Shown here piece by piece: positions 38,975 to 51,029 of a stretch of 64,000 nucleotides of DNA (its first letter is position 1; the number at the start of each line of letters is the position of its first letter). The notes beneath the pieces are model-generated. The model had not been told where the DNA came from and did no database searches. It was given only the letters and a program-made list of their open reading frames with translations. A program made the translations under genes and the position numbers. Origin of the DNA: Amoebidium appalachense (lineage: Eukaryota; Protista; Ichthyosporea); the NCBI GenBank assembly GCA_963693365.1, contig CAVNZM010000014.1, forward strand, positions 1,054,001-1,118,000, given 5' to 3'.

Positions 38975-40579
38975 GATAAACGCCTTGGTCTGTGACCGTC
39001 TGTCCACAGTGGGGAAGCCACATGTCTCCATGTGGCCACTCCTACAGCCAATCACTATTATGCACCAATCAGCGCAAATAAAAGCACGGTTATCTATTTC
39101 AGGGTGTGAAATTCGAGATAACCAGCAATGATGAAGCGATAGCGCTGTACTGTAACAAGAGCCCTGTGAATTACTGTAGACTCCGGTCTTCAGTTTGGTA
39201 ATAGAAGTAGCAACGTCTAAAGGCATGCGAAATAAAGCCTTCACGAACCGCAAACTCTTGTGCGTTGCGCGAAGCATTTGCCAACTGTGCCCGCAGAACT
39301 CAAAAATCGTCTCATACATATGTACGTCACCGGCGTGACTCACCGCCGGCATGCATGCGTATGCATATTATGCGTGCATGTGATGTAGAGATTAATGCAC
39401 AGCTATATTTAACAGTCATCTCAGAGAGGGAAATCAACATACAAAAGCAGCGGCCAATATTTGCACCAGCTCACTTCTACTACTGTTGACAAGCTTCAAG
39501 AGTCGTCCGAGGTACACCTTTGTGCTTTCCTGTGAAGGCTTCGGGGCCCACTCCGGGACATCCGATAATACAGCAGGGTTGCGACCATTCTATTGTTTGT
39601 GGCAGCCTGCCGAAGACTTGTATCAGTTCCTAAGGCATAAAGCGTAAATAAAATCTCTCCTTTAGCATTTTTACTCTATATATAAAATGGTAACGAAGAT
39701 AGTTATATTCTTGATGCCTAAGCCACAGTACATACGCCTAAGTGTACTGTATGCCTGTGCGATGGGGGTTTACACACTTTTTATTGCGTGGACATTGCCG
39801 GAGGCCCAGCCACATTCGACGGCGCTCGCAGAGTTTCCCAAGTCGCAGGAAAAAGGCAGATCTTGAGGTTGCTGATTGGTTTGTCAGTGAGCCAATTCGC
39901 TTTTTATCGGAATTCCCACAAAATCAGGAGCCATGATATCGATCATCCACATTAAATTTATACTTCGTAAGAAGCCACACTTTTCAAATGAAAAGTGATT
40001 GCTATGAGTTATTTAAGAATTAGTATTAGAGCAATTATAATGCAGAGCCTTGCTGGTGTCCAGACTCCAGACTAGCACTACATGAGTACTCAGTCAGCTG
40101 GAGCAGGGAGCCTGGAGCCTGGAGGCCAGAAAAGCAATCATGAGCATCTGATTGGTTGATGTGCTTCAACAACTATTTCCCCCTACACACACCTACTTGC
40201 GAAATTGCATAATTATATTTTTTCTTTCTTAAAGTTTCTTATGAATACAAATTTTCAAATCTTTTGACTGGATTTTTTCAACTACTGTGGAGGTATAAGT
40301 ATGCACGACATACGTCTTAGGAGGCAAGAAAAAAATACGAGTTAACAATTTTTCTTTTGATTGAACTATCAGCCTGGATAATTTGTCTGGATTCAATATA
40401 TTGATCAAATATATGTGGCCCGAATTATCCACTAACGAAACACTTCCGAGTCAGCTAGCAGTGTGTAAATAGGTCTAGTCTTTAGCGAGCGGCCGAGAAA
40501 TTAAAAAAAAAAAGGTTTATTTAAAACTAAAAAAAAAAAAAAGGTAGGAATATAATCCCAATCGATCCAGTCGAAAGAA

Positions 40580-40740
40580 AAACACCCCCGCCCCCCGGGC
40601 CCCTCTGCCTATGAAGCTCGAGGGGGTCGCCAGAAACGAGATACCGACAATTGATTGGCCGCAGAGCTTACACGTGGTTTTCTATAAACCGCCAATCAGC
40701 GTCCCTGGTGGCTCAGCTCATCGGCTATATAAAGGAGGCC
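40580..40740 (+). promoter_or_regulatory. Putative Pol II core promoter of the ATP-grasp gene
   Basis: GC-rich box at ~40585-40600, inverted CCAAT (ATTGG, 40654-58), CACGTG (40671-76), CCAAT (40692-96) and TATATAAA (40726-33), ~170 nt upstream of the ATG at 40901. Confidence 0.55.
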
Positions 40741-40900
40741 ACCATGTCGTTGAAACCCACAGCTTTCATTCATCACGCTCAAACACGTTAGGGTTCTAGC
40801 CCCTGCATCGGTGTACGAGTCGTTGATTCTCTCTCTGTTCCTCTCCTTCGCCCCCCAAAAAATCTTCAAAATACCCTTTCGTATTCTACAAATAATCAAA

Positions 40901-42358
40901 ATGGCTAGCGTCGATATTGCTGCCCTTCTTCAGGCAAATGCCGCCGATGAGGTCACCCAGCAGGCCCGTATGGAGGCAGCCAAAGGCAAGAACGTCCTCT
41001 GGCTGACGTGCTTCTACACGGCGCGGTTCTGGGCCGGCATGCGCCCCAGCATCGAGTTTGTGGCCAACATGGGCATCAAGCTCCACGTTGTTTTCGGCGT
41101 GACCCCCGAGGACAGGGCCATGCACGACACCATGAAGGAACTTGGGCTGCTTTCCGGCGCCATCTTTGCCGATATGAGCGATGATGCCACCGCTGCCGAT
41201 AATGTTGTGGCCGCCGCCCAGGCCACTGGGGTCAAGTATGACGCTGTGTTCTCTCCCCACGAGCATGCCATGACTCTGGTTGGTGAGGTTTCCGAGCGCC
41301 TGAACCTCCCAGGCAACCCCGCCAAGTCCTACGTTGCTGCCCGCAACAAGCTCATGTGCCGTGATGTGTGCAAGGAGAAGGGTGTGGCCGTGCCGGGCTA
41401 TGCCCGTGTGCGCACCCTGGAGGAGGTCCGCGCCGCTGCTCTTGAGCTCGGGTTCCCCCTCGTGTTCAAGCCTATGTCTGGAGCGGCATCTGCCGGCGTG
41501 TACAAGTGCTATAAGATGGAGGATGTGGAGAAGGCCTTCGAGACAACGCAGAAGGAGATGGAAACAAACCAGCTTTTCAGCTGGAACCCAGGCTGCGGCG
41601 AAGCCGGTGTGATGCTCGAGGGCTTCATGGATGGTGATGAATTCGACGTTGATCTTCTCTTGTGGGACGGTGAGCTGGTCTACGGCAAAGCAAACGACAA
41701 CGCCGAGCCCCGCGACCCGTACTTCCTCGAAGACACCTCCAACGCCCCCACCGTCTACCCCGATGACAAACACGCCGAGCTTGTTGCCTACTCCCTGGCC
41801 TGTGTGCGTGCTCTTGGTTTCACCATGGGCTGCTTCCATGTCGAGTGCAAGTACACAAAGAACACCATGCTTAGGGAGGATGGCCGCGGCCAGCCCATGC
41901 TCATCGAAGTTAACCCCCGCATGGGTGGTGGGCGCACCAACCTCTTCCACAAGGAGACATTCGGAGTCGATCTGTTTGTCAACTTCGTGCTTGCCTCGTG
42001 CGGTATCCCCATCAACCCTCCCCGCGCTGCTGCCCCCCTGTGCGGCATTGCCGACTATTTCGTGTGCGCGCCCAAGACAGGTGTGCTCGTGCACACCCGC
42101 TACCTCGACCACATCAGGAGCCATCCCAACGTGATTGGCAGTGGTCACTACAAGAATGCAGGCGACAAGGTGACCGGCTACGACACGAGCATCCCAGAGT
42201 GGCTGGGCCATTTCACCGTCAAGGCCGACACGGTGCAGGAGGCTCTTGAGCTGCTGCAGGCGTTGGTGGCCACGATTGAGGTGCCGATTATCCCCCCATC
42301 GCAGAAGGAAATTGCTGCAGCTGATGTTAGCGCCGAGGCCGCCCCTATTGCAGCCTAA
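40901..42358 (+). CDS. Intronless ATP-grasp enzyme (carnosine synthase / L-amino acid ligase-like), 485 aa
   Basis: Single ORF with ATG in AAAATGG context and strong C/G-ending codon bias. Motifs: ARNKLMCR, GFPLVFKPMSGAASAGV, MLEGFMDGDEFDVD, GCFHVECKYT and LIEVNPRMGG. Confidence 0.92.
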   Translation: MASVDIAALLQANAADEVTQQARMEAAKGKNVLWLTCFYTARFWAGMRPSIEFVANMGIKLHVVFGVTPEDRAMHDTMKELGLLSGAIFADMSDDATAADNVVAAAQATGVKYDAVFSPHEHAMTLVGEVSERLNLPGNPAKSYVAARNKLMCRDVCKEKGVAVPGYARVRTLEEVRAAALELGFPLVFKPMSGAASAGVYKCYKMEDVEKAFETTQKEMETNQLFSWNPGCGEAGVMLEGFMDGDEFDVDLLLWDGELVYGKANDNAEPRDPYFLEDTSNAPTVYPDDKHAELVAYSLACVRALGFTMGCFHVECKYTKNTMLREDGRGQPMLIEVNPRMGGGRTNLFHKETFGVDLFVNFVLASCGIPINPPRAAAPLCGIADYFVCAPKTGVLVHTRYLDHIRSHPNVIGSGHYKNAGDKVTGYDTSIPEWLGHFTVKADTVQEALELLQALVATIEVPIIPPSQKEIAAADVSAEAAPIAA

Positions 42359-43453
42359 ATACGTGATCATGTCGAATGAAAATTGACCTCTTTTACGATT
42401 TTTTTAGAGCCTGTAACACGTATGGTTATGTTCATGTCCTTTGTAAGGTTGTACATCTAGACCATTCTTTTCGATACGCTTGTGTATACAATTCATAATA
42501 TTAACTGCAGTGAGCCGGTGGTCTTACCAAAAATGGTATAGCCAACACCTTTTGTAAAGGACTGGTGAAAGTAGAAAATAACAATGTTGCTCCAACATCT
42601 CATACTTTCTGTGTGCACTGAGAAAATCCCCCCCCCCCCCCCCCCCCCCCCCCCCTTTTCCCCCTTGCATGTTCTACAAAAAAAATCAGAAAGATAAACC
42701 TGACAAAGAATACTTTGTGAAACTATCGGCACACCATCACCCACCAACCTACGCGTGCACTACGGTATACACACAGGAAGTGCACACATGGCACATACAC
42801 ACGCGCACAGACACATCCACGCACACACATCCGGATTCAACATGCACAAACACAAAGCGTCACACACACATACAGAAAAAACACACGCACGAGCGCACAC
42901 ACACACAGACACTCGCACGCACACACACACACCCGACACACGGCATTACACACATACACGCACACACACACACACACCACACACACACACGCGCGCTCAC
43001 ACACACTCACACTCACACTCACACACACACCAGCACACAGAAACGCACACATGGGCAACTATGCATGCATGCACGTGCACACACACGTACATGCACACAC
43101 AAACAGAAAGACACGCCCACAAGTATGCGCGCAAACGCGCGCACGGCCCGTATGCGCACGCACACGTACATGTGCACACACACAGAAACACACGCACACA
43201 ACTACGCACAAGTCCCCCCCCTCCCCCCTCCCCCCCTCCCCCCACACACACGCATACACACACAAGCACACACAAGCACATAACCGTATGATGGCACTAC
43301 AACACGCAGCGCCACACACACACGCACGCACACACACACACGGCATGGCATGGTGAAATCGCGCACATTGTTTCATGGGTCCACACAAGCACGATGCTCA
43401 CACACACACATCACTATCCAGTATCAATGTCGCAGGGCCATGATTATAAGGAA

Positions 43454-43517
<64 letters not shown>

Positions 43518-43633
43518 AACACAAACACAAACACACACACACACACACACACAGCACACACACAGGCACACATGCACACCCATCTCCCTCCCCCCACCCC
43601 CCCCCTCCCCCCACCGCCACACACACATACACA

Positions 43634-43666
<33 letters not shown>

Positions 43667-43743
43667 TGACACATCACACGAACACGAACACACTGTGATA
43701 TTAATCACACACAAACAAACAACATGCACACACACACACACAT

Positions 43744-43814
<71 letters not shown>

Positions 43815-44202
43815 GCAATTACGCACTGTGGGTAAGCCCAATAGCATTTCCACCGTGTGGTTTGAAGCCCAGCTCGGGACGAATGTTAGAAAGTTGGTAG
43901 GTTGGGGCCATGAAAGGGGCATGTGCTCAGGGGAAGAGGGAGGAGGAGGGGAAGGGGGAGAGGAGGGGGAGGGAGAGGAGGGTGTGTGCGTGTTGGGGGA
44001 GGGGGGAGGGGGGAGGGGTGTGTGTGTGTGTGTGTGTGCGTGTTGGGGGGGGGGGCAGGGGGGTGGGGGAAGGGGAGGGCTCCTGGTCCCGCAGCCACCC
44101 ATCCCTGCGGCGAGCTTGAGGAGCGCGGTGGGTCCCCGGGCCGAGTAGGTGGGTTCCCCTCCCTACCCCGAAAATGGGAGGGGGGCAGGAGGGGGGAAGG
44201 AA

Positions 44203-44452
44203 GGGGGGGGGGGGGGGACCCTTTGGGGATACCACCAGGGGCCCCTATTAAATTCGATACATTGTACTGCCCCCCCCCCCCCCCCCCTCTCCCCCCCCCC
44301 CCCCCCACCCCACCCCCACGGGGTGGGAGTGGGGGGAGGGGGGGGGGGGAAGGGGGGGGGGGGGGGGGGGGAGGAGGGCAGTACAATGTATCGAATTTAA
44401 TAGGGGCCCCTGGTGGTATCCCTAAAGGGTCCCCCCCCCCCCCCCCCCCCCC
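44203..44452. repeat. Long inverted repeat (hairpin) whose arms include complementary poly(C)/poly(G) runs
   Basis: The ~53-bp unique arm 44218-44270 (ACCCTTTGGGGATACCACCAGGGGCCCCTATTAAATTCGATACATTGTACTGC) is mirrored at 44378-44430 with one mismatch. Inner C-runs face G-runs and an outer G-run faces a C-run. Confidence 0.9.
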
Positions 44453-45011
44453 ACCCCCCCCCCCACCCGCTACCCCCCCGCCTCCCTGTCCCTTGAATCA
44501 CATGTATGAATTCCTAACCTATTTTTCCTCGTAAGGTACAGGTATACACATATGGAGCAACAGCAACCCCCCCCCCCCCACACACACACACACACACCCG
44601 CCACTCCCCTCCCCCCAACTCCCCCACCCCCCCCACCCCCACCCTTACCAAAAAAAAAAAAAAAAAACTTCTATGCACGATTTGCAAATCCTGCCTGATT
44701 AAATTGTGCAGTATTGGAATGCTTTAGCTTATCATAATCAGTTCCTTGTAAGGAAGGAGGAAGCCTGGTGCAGGGGGTGATGGGGATAAAGGAGAGGGCG
44801 GCGGTGGATGAGGGGGAGGGGGAGAGGGGGTGGGGTGGGGTGATTGTGGTGGGGGGGTATGGGTGTGTGTGTGAGGCCGGGAAGGGGGGGGGGAACTGTG
44901 GGGAGGGGCCGGGGAGGGGGGGTGGGGGGGTGGAGAGGGAGGGGATTCCCAACTACCTGGTGGAAGTGCTTATTTGATTGAGAGACCTCAGGAGATGAGA
45001 TGAGGCAAAGT

Positions 45012-45128
45012 GCTGTCGGAACCAATCAGAAGAAGGGATCTGAGTGCATGAACAGCCAAGTGGGTTTAAGCTGTCGGAACCAATCAGAAGAACGCGTCTG
45101 AGTGCATGAATAGCCAATAGGGTGTAAG
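45012..45128. repeat. Two tandem ~59-bp copies containing CCAAT motifs
   Basis: GCTGTCGGAACCAATCAGAAGAA....TCTGAGTGCATGAA.AGCCAA occurs twice. Confidence 0.8.
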
Positions 45129-45224
45129 GTAACGTCTGGTGCAACCAGAGGTTAGATATATTTATGGAATCTATCACAGAAATTGGTTGCATTCGCAGGT
45201 ACATGCATATGAATGAGTCGCTCA

Positions 45225-45614
45225 TATGAAGGGCCCAACCACGTCAGCAGAATCAACTTGCTCCGAGCTGAAATATTCTGTGTTTTGCAGATTTATTCAG
45301 CAAAAGGGGGATTATAATGTTTTTTTACAGAAGTATATATTGTGCAACTTCCAAAGTATACAGTTCAGAGCAGGATTTTTCTTCAAAAGTCAGCTAAAAT
45401 CACTGGGGATTGCTCAGCTTGAAACGAGTTTATTCTAAAGCGATGCTGCCGTGTGCAGAATAATTCTTTTTGACAAAACTTGAATTCTGCTCAAAGCAGA
45501 ATAATTCTGCTTTTGCTGAATAAGTCTGCTGAAAGCAGGATAATTTGTTAAAAGCAGAATAACGTTGCTCGGAGCAAGTTTATTCTGCTTGTATGCATGG
45601 TTGGACCCTTCATA
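45225..45614. mobile_element. MITE with TIRs TATGAAGGG(C/T)CCAACCA, possible TA TSD
   Basis: The left end TATGAAGGGCCCAACCA..AGCAGAATCAACTTGCTCCGAGC mirrors the right end GCTCGGAGCAAGTTTATTCTGCT..TGGTTGGACCCTTCATA. The interior is AT-rich and non-coding. Confidence 0.75.
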
Positions 45615-45932
45615 GGTCCTGAAATGTGCAAAGAGCCATGATCGGGGATAGCCACCAACATGCACATTGTTTAAGTTTTTGCGCAGGTTGAAGTAATACG
45701 ACCAAGCAAGGCGTGCGGTGTGTTAAAGAGTGCAGGTTGGATATGCATGTCTTAACATATCGCGATATTATTGGTTTGTCGCCTGAGGGGAGGGGGGACT
45801 TAACAGTGTCTTGTCAGCCAACTTGAAGGTCTCCCTCTAGATCTGAAAACTGGGGGGGGGGGGGGGGGGGGGGGGGGAGGGGGGAGACGCAAGTTATAGG
45901 GCATACCGATCACGAATTGATCGAATAACTTG

Positions 45933-46206
45933 ACACCACGGCCTGTTTTTTTTTTGTTTTGGTTTTTTTTTTGTTTTTTGTTTTTTTTGTTTTTGTTTTT
46001 TTTTTTAATCCCGTTTTGTTCTCGGAGGTACCCCTAGGGCCCTCAGGGGGAGCTACCGTCTTCCACCCAGCACCGACAGTACTCTAGGTAGGATGCTACG
46101 ATGCTAGTAGCTAAACTAACACACCTATAACAATCCTAACTATATGTACACACTTTGCCCAGGGTATCAACCCCACCCACGCCGGTGGGTAGAACACCAC
46201 GGCCTG
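45933..46206 (-). mobile_element. 5'-truncated non-LTR retroposon insertion with an A-rich tail and a 13-bp target-site duplication
   Basis: ACACCACGGCCTG at 45933-45945 and 46194-46206 flanks a ~60-nt T-rich tract (the minus-strand poly(A) tail) plus ~190 bp of unique sequence. Confidence 0.8.
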
Positions 46207-47977
46207 CCTCGACCCGTCTTCCCCCCCCCCCCCCCCCTCCCCCCCCCCTCCCCCCCTTCCCCCCCCCCCCCCCCCCCCCCCTCCTCTTTCCCCCCTTCTT
46301 CTTAGCCTAACACTACCATAACCGGCCTTTCTTTTCCCCTCCGCATCTTGCCCTCTCCCAAGGCCACCTGCTTGTTCAGGGGTAAATGTTCATGGCCCGG
46401 ATTGTCATAAGTGTTTATTGCCCTTGTGATTCAGAACTTAGCTGCCTACAATATGAATGTACAGCCCCCCCCCCCCCCCTCTCCCCCCCCCCCCCCACAC
46501 ACACACACAACCCCTCCCTCCCCCCCCCCCCCCCCCCCCTCCTCCCCCCGGCACCCCAGCTGACAAAGGCCTCATCACGGTCTCTCGCTTCTGTTCACCT
46601 CCTCCGGCCGTGGGCCGCATCCCCTACTGCCACCCCCTCCCCGCCCCCTCGTGTAACCGTCCCTCCCTCCCACCCCCCCCCCCCCCCCCACCCACCCACC
46701 CACCCACCCCCACCGTGGGCCACCCACCCACCGTCCCCCTCCAAAAGAAAGCCTTGTACCATTGTCAAATAGCTAAAGAAATAAATCGTTAGGATCGAAG
46801 TTTTCCCCCTAAATCTGCTACTTAATGCCCCCCTCCCTCCTCCCCCCCCCTCCCCGCCCCCCTGCCCTACCCCCCCCCCCCCCCCCCCCCCTCCGGAGGG
46901 CTGATACCCTCTCTCTTTTCCTCCCTCCCACCCCCCTCCCCCCCCCATGTGCACACACACACCCCACCACACCCCCAGTGCACTTCTTTCCCTTTTTAGC
47001 CTGCCGTTCCCATAACTACCTTCTTTTTCTCCTCCGCCCCTACGTATACCCCCTCCCGACCTGCTCGTTCACAGGTAGGTGTTAATGGCCCGGAATCCGA
47101 TATTATTTATGATTACTAAGTGGTTATTGCCCTAATGATTCAAATGGTGACGTCAACATGTACACGTTGTCACGTTTTATCCCCCCCCCCCCCCCCCAGC
47201 CCCCCCTCCCCCCCATCCCCCCGCCCCGGGACACATGTGGTATCCACCGAATTTATGCTCTCCGTTCCCCCCCCCCCTCCCCCCTGCCCCACTCTGCTCT
47301 CCGGGACCCGGGCCTTACCCTCCTCCTCCCACCCCCCCCCCACCCCCCCCCAAACCACCACCACCATCCCCCCTCTTCCCCCCCAAAACTGACCCACCAC
47401 CCAAAAAGGGGGAGTGCCGCTAGCTGGACATGTCGACTACTCACAAAAGGCTTCCACTCTATGGTGTAACTCAGATCGACAAACAAGTACCTCCCAGTGC
47501 GCAGTTGGCAACAGTCTATAATATTTACTTCCCCCTGATACTGGCCCTCTCCACACACACACACACACACACACATATCTACTACATTTGACACACGGGT
47601 GCCGTGACGAGTAGCAACTGGGAATTCGAAGCGGAAATGTTTCTCAGCTAATGTATTACCCCCCCCCCCCCCCCCCCCTCCCCCCCCCCCCCCCCCAAAA
47701 AAAGAAAAGAAAAGAAAAAAAAAGAAGGAAAAAAAAAAGCCATCCACCTCTCTTTTCAATGCAAAGTGGCCAATTTGAAAGTGGACACACACACACACAG
47801 CAAAAGTAAGCATAACGTGTAGCTCTTATCAAAAAGGGAAATACCGCTGTACATGTCGAGGTCCTACTACTCACCGTGGGCTGCAAGTATGTGGTGTAAC
47901 TCTGACCGAGAAACAAATGCTTCCCGGTACGCGTGCAGATAACAACACGAGTACTCTTTCAATTAATACTGGGGCCT

Positions 47978-48035
<58 letters not shown>

Positions 48036-48064
48036 CTGCTAGTGACAAATGGATCTGACTTAAG

Positions 48065-48108
<44 letters not shown>

Positions 48109-48508
48109 GAGCTCCCTCCCCCTTCCCCTTCCCCTCCAGCCCGCCTGCCACCTCCGTTGTTCCCTAGCTTGCCTATATACCCGGACCACCTCGTCTTTGC
48201 ATGCCAGTGGGCCGACCTATTTAATTTGCCACATGTTCATGCTTTCTGAGACTAGGCCTGGCCCAGGAGTTGCTGTGTCGGTGCAGTGTGACAAAAATGT
48301 AGTTTCACGGTGTGTGTGCGTGTGCAGTTTGAAAGATCTTAAAAGCACTGTGCTGCCCACATGCACACCGTGGTTTATAATATTAATCCCGGGCGAGGTC
48401 CCCAGAAGTGGTTATAACGGACATGAATGGGAAGGGTAGAAGGGTTTTGGGGGGGTCTGGGAGGGAAGGAGGGGGGATGGCCGGGGAGGGGGCGGGAGAG
48501 AACTCGAT

Positions 48509-48545
<37 letters not shown>

Positions 48546-48754
48546 GAGGGGGGAAGGGGAAGGGCGGGGACGGAGGGAGGGAGGGGAGCAGTAGGCGGGC
48601 ATATCACCGTGTTAGCATACACGCTGAGACGTGTACATGTATCGTGACGAGTCGGTGGTGGGACTTGGCCAAGGGCGGCTGAGGGGGGGGGGGAGGGGGG
48701 GGGGGGGGAAGGGGAGAGGCTCGAGGGGCGGACCGGGCCGGAATTTATCACCCT

Positions 48755-48785
<31 letters not shown>

Positions 48786-49743
48786 GAGGGGGGAGGGTGA
48801 GCCCTCATGATTAGTGGGGAGGCTGGGGAGGAGAATCAAAGTTTTTTGGGAGGGGGTGGAGGGGGGGGGGGGAAGGCCGGCTGAGAGCGTGGGGCAAGGT
48901 ATGGTAGGATGAGTTGCAGCCTACGTGCGAATAACAAATTCATGACGAACGCAATGGTTCCGGAGATTTCAAAGCACGCATGTTTAAATATGAAAAGCCA
49001 AAATCTTAGATCTGAAGAGGTGTATATGTTCATTTGTGTGTGGCTCCCTCTATTAATATGGATATGGGAAACCCAGGCGAACAAATCATAGTTCTGCACA
49101 CAGCACATGCACGCTCTATGATACCTTTTGTTGATTTCTTTTTATTATTATTCTTTATCAACGAGTCTAGAATGCTCCGTGAATCATCTTGTATGTATGT
49201 GACCTTTGACGTGTATGCTGCCCGGCTGACTAAGTTACATGCATCGGGTAGCGGGGCATATCACTATGTACATGTTTGGAGGGCTGTAGTGGTGGCATAT
49301 TGCACACTCTCTTAAAGGAATTAATCAAGTCTGGTTGTGCAGCCTCATGTTCACCTTGCACGACAACTAAAACACAGCACACACACACACGCACACACAC
49401 ACACACATGACAGATGACTTTATTTTTCACGTTGACACGAAATCACGCCACGACGGCACGGTCTGGTGGACAACAGTTAATGCCACAGGCACTTGGCAGG
49501 TTCCCTAAAAAAGAAAACACAAAAGGGAACCCCCACCAGAACGACACATTGCCACATACACAGACACGGTCATTCCTTCGCCATACATTACTTTCTTGCA
49601 GTTTTTGATTCCGAGTTTTGCCCCATTCAGGTTTTTGAGATATACGGGGTTGATAATGCTTCGTGCTACGTAATAGATCTATGTTTGCTGCTCATAGGGG
49701 GATACTTTGGCAGCGTCATAAGGGTGTTTTTGAGGGCGGGGAT

Positions 49744-50465
49744 CTAGTAGGGGCGAGATGCCTCCTTGGAGCGCTTGAGCTGAACCTTCAGTCTCTTGTT
49801 GCCCACCTGTAAAATGTAAGTTTAATCACAGGGAGATTGGTGTGTTGTGCACAAAACACACCAAAGACGTAAAAAACAAACAAAAAGGAAATAAACATAG
49901 CACAGATGGGAAGGACGTAGTTGCTGGTTGAGTGGGTGGATGGGGAGGAGAAAGCGGTACATACCGGCCACACAAAGAAACATCAGAAACGAGGCTCAAA
50001 ATTCAAAGCAACGTATAAATAATTGGCACAATGTCATCATTTTACTGAGACCAAACCCCCACATACAGAATGGCAACCCATAGGTTACACGGGTGCATGC
50101 TCACTGTGTGTGTGTGTGTGTGTGTGTGTGTGCTTTTTTGGGGGGGTAGTACCTGGTAGCCATTCATGTGCTGGATTGCGTTGTTGGCCGAGGTAGCGTT
50201 GTCATAGCTGACGAACCCTGTTTATATGCATTCGGTTAGTGTTAGGTGGCAGGCCCATTTGTTGTTCAAAAAACAAAGAAAAGACAGGGCAGGTGACGGC
50301 AAAATGGGAGATGGCATAGCGTCGGGGCTCAACGATGTTCCACTGCGCCAATCCTTCAAACATAGGAAAAGTCTGCCCGTCAAAGTGTTCTCTTTGAAAG
50401 AGGCAACCGCACCTTAAGCAGGGAGAGTGAGAAAGAACAATGGGATATTGATATTGATGGGCCCT

Positions 50466-50502
<37 letters not shown>

Positions 50503-50994
50503 GTTTGAATGCGTCATAAAGTACGAAGTACACAAGAACAAACGGACAACACGATGCAAAATGCAAGCCATACATAAAAGTATGCATAATAAGCAGAGCC
50601 CATCCTCAGGGGGGGGCCCACGTCATCCACAGTACCCGAATTTCGACCTATTCACCTCGTTAACGAAACCCAACTCAGATACTGTTTCACTTGAACATGG
50701 GTCACCCGTCTTGATAAGAGACGAGCAGGGTTGCTTATGCAGGCAAGGGCAGTGGGAAAGGCCGGGGGTTAAAGTTGCAGCAGTAAGCAGAAGCAAGAAA
50801 AATATAGATAGGAACTCAGGAAACGGGGCTTCTGGGAAGCTCCCCCCTCGCTACCTTAGTCGATACTTCTCTGGCTAACATACTACACCAGCTGAAAAAA
50901 ATTAAGTCCCGAAGGCCGCAGAATTCGCAATCAGAGGGGAAAATATGAGATTTGACCCACGCCGCAGGGTAGTAACACGCTTACTAGGGCGGAA

Positions 50995-51029
<35 letters not shown>

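Noticed and set aside
38972-39352. 126-aa minus-strand ORF next to the hAT end
   Set aside because: No motif, no codon bias and no consistent exon chain.
40886-42370. 494-aa antisense ORF over the ATP-grasp gene
   Set aside because: Expected shadow ORF caused by strong codon bias on the sense strand.
42493-42620. Minus-strand exon-like segment with GTAAGA that would make the ATP-grasp gene nested in an intron
   Set aside because: No partner exons with a consistent frame could be found.
50930-50995. tRNA gene
   Set aside because: Only a weak B-box-like motif; no cloverleaf or anticodon arm can be drawn.
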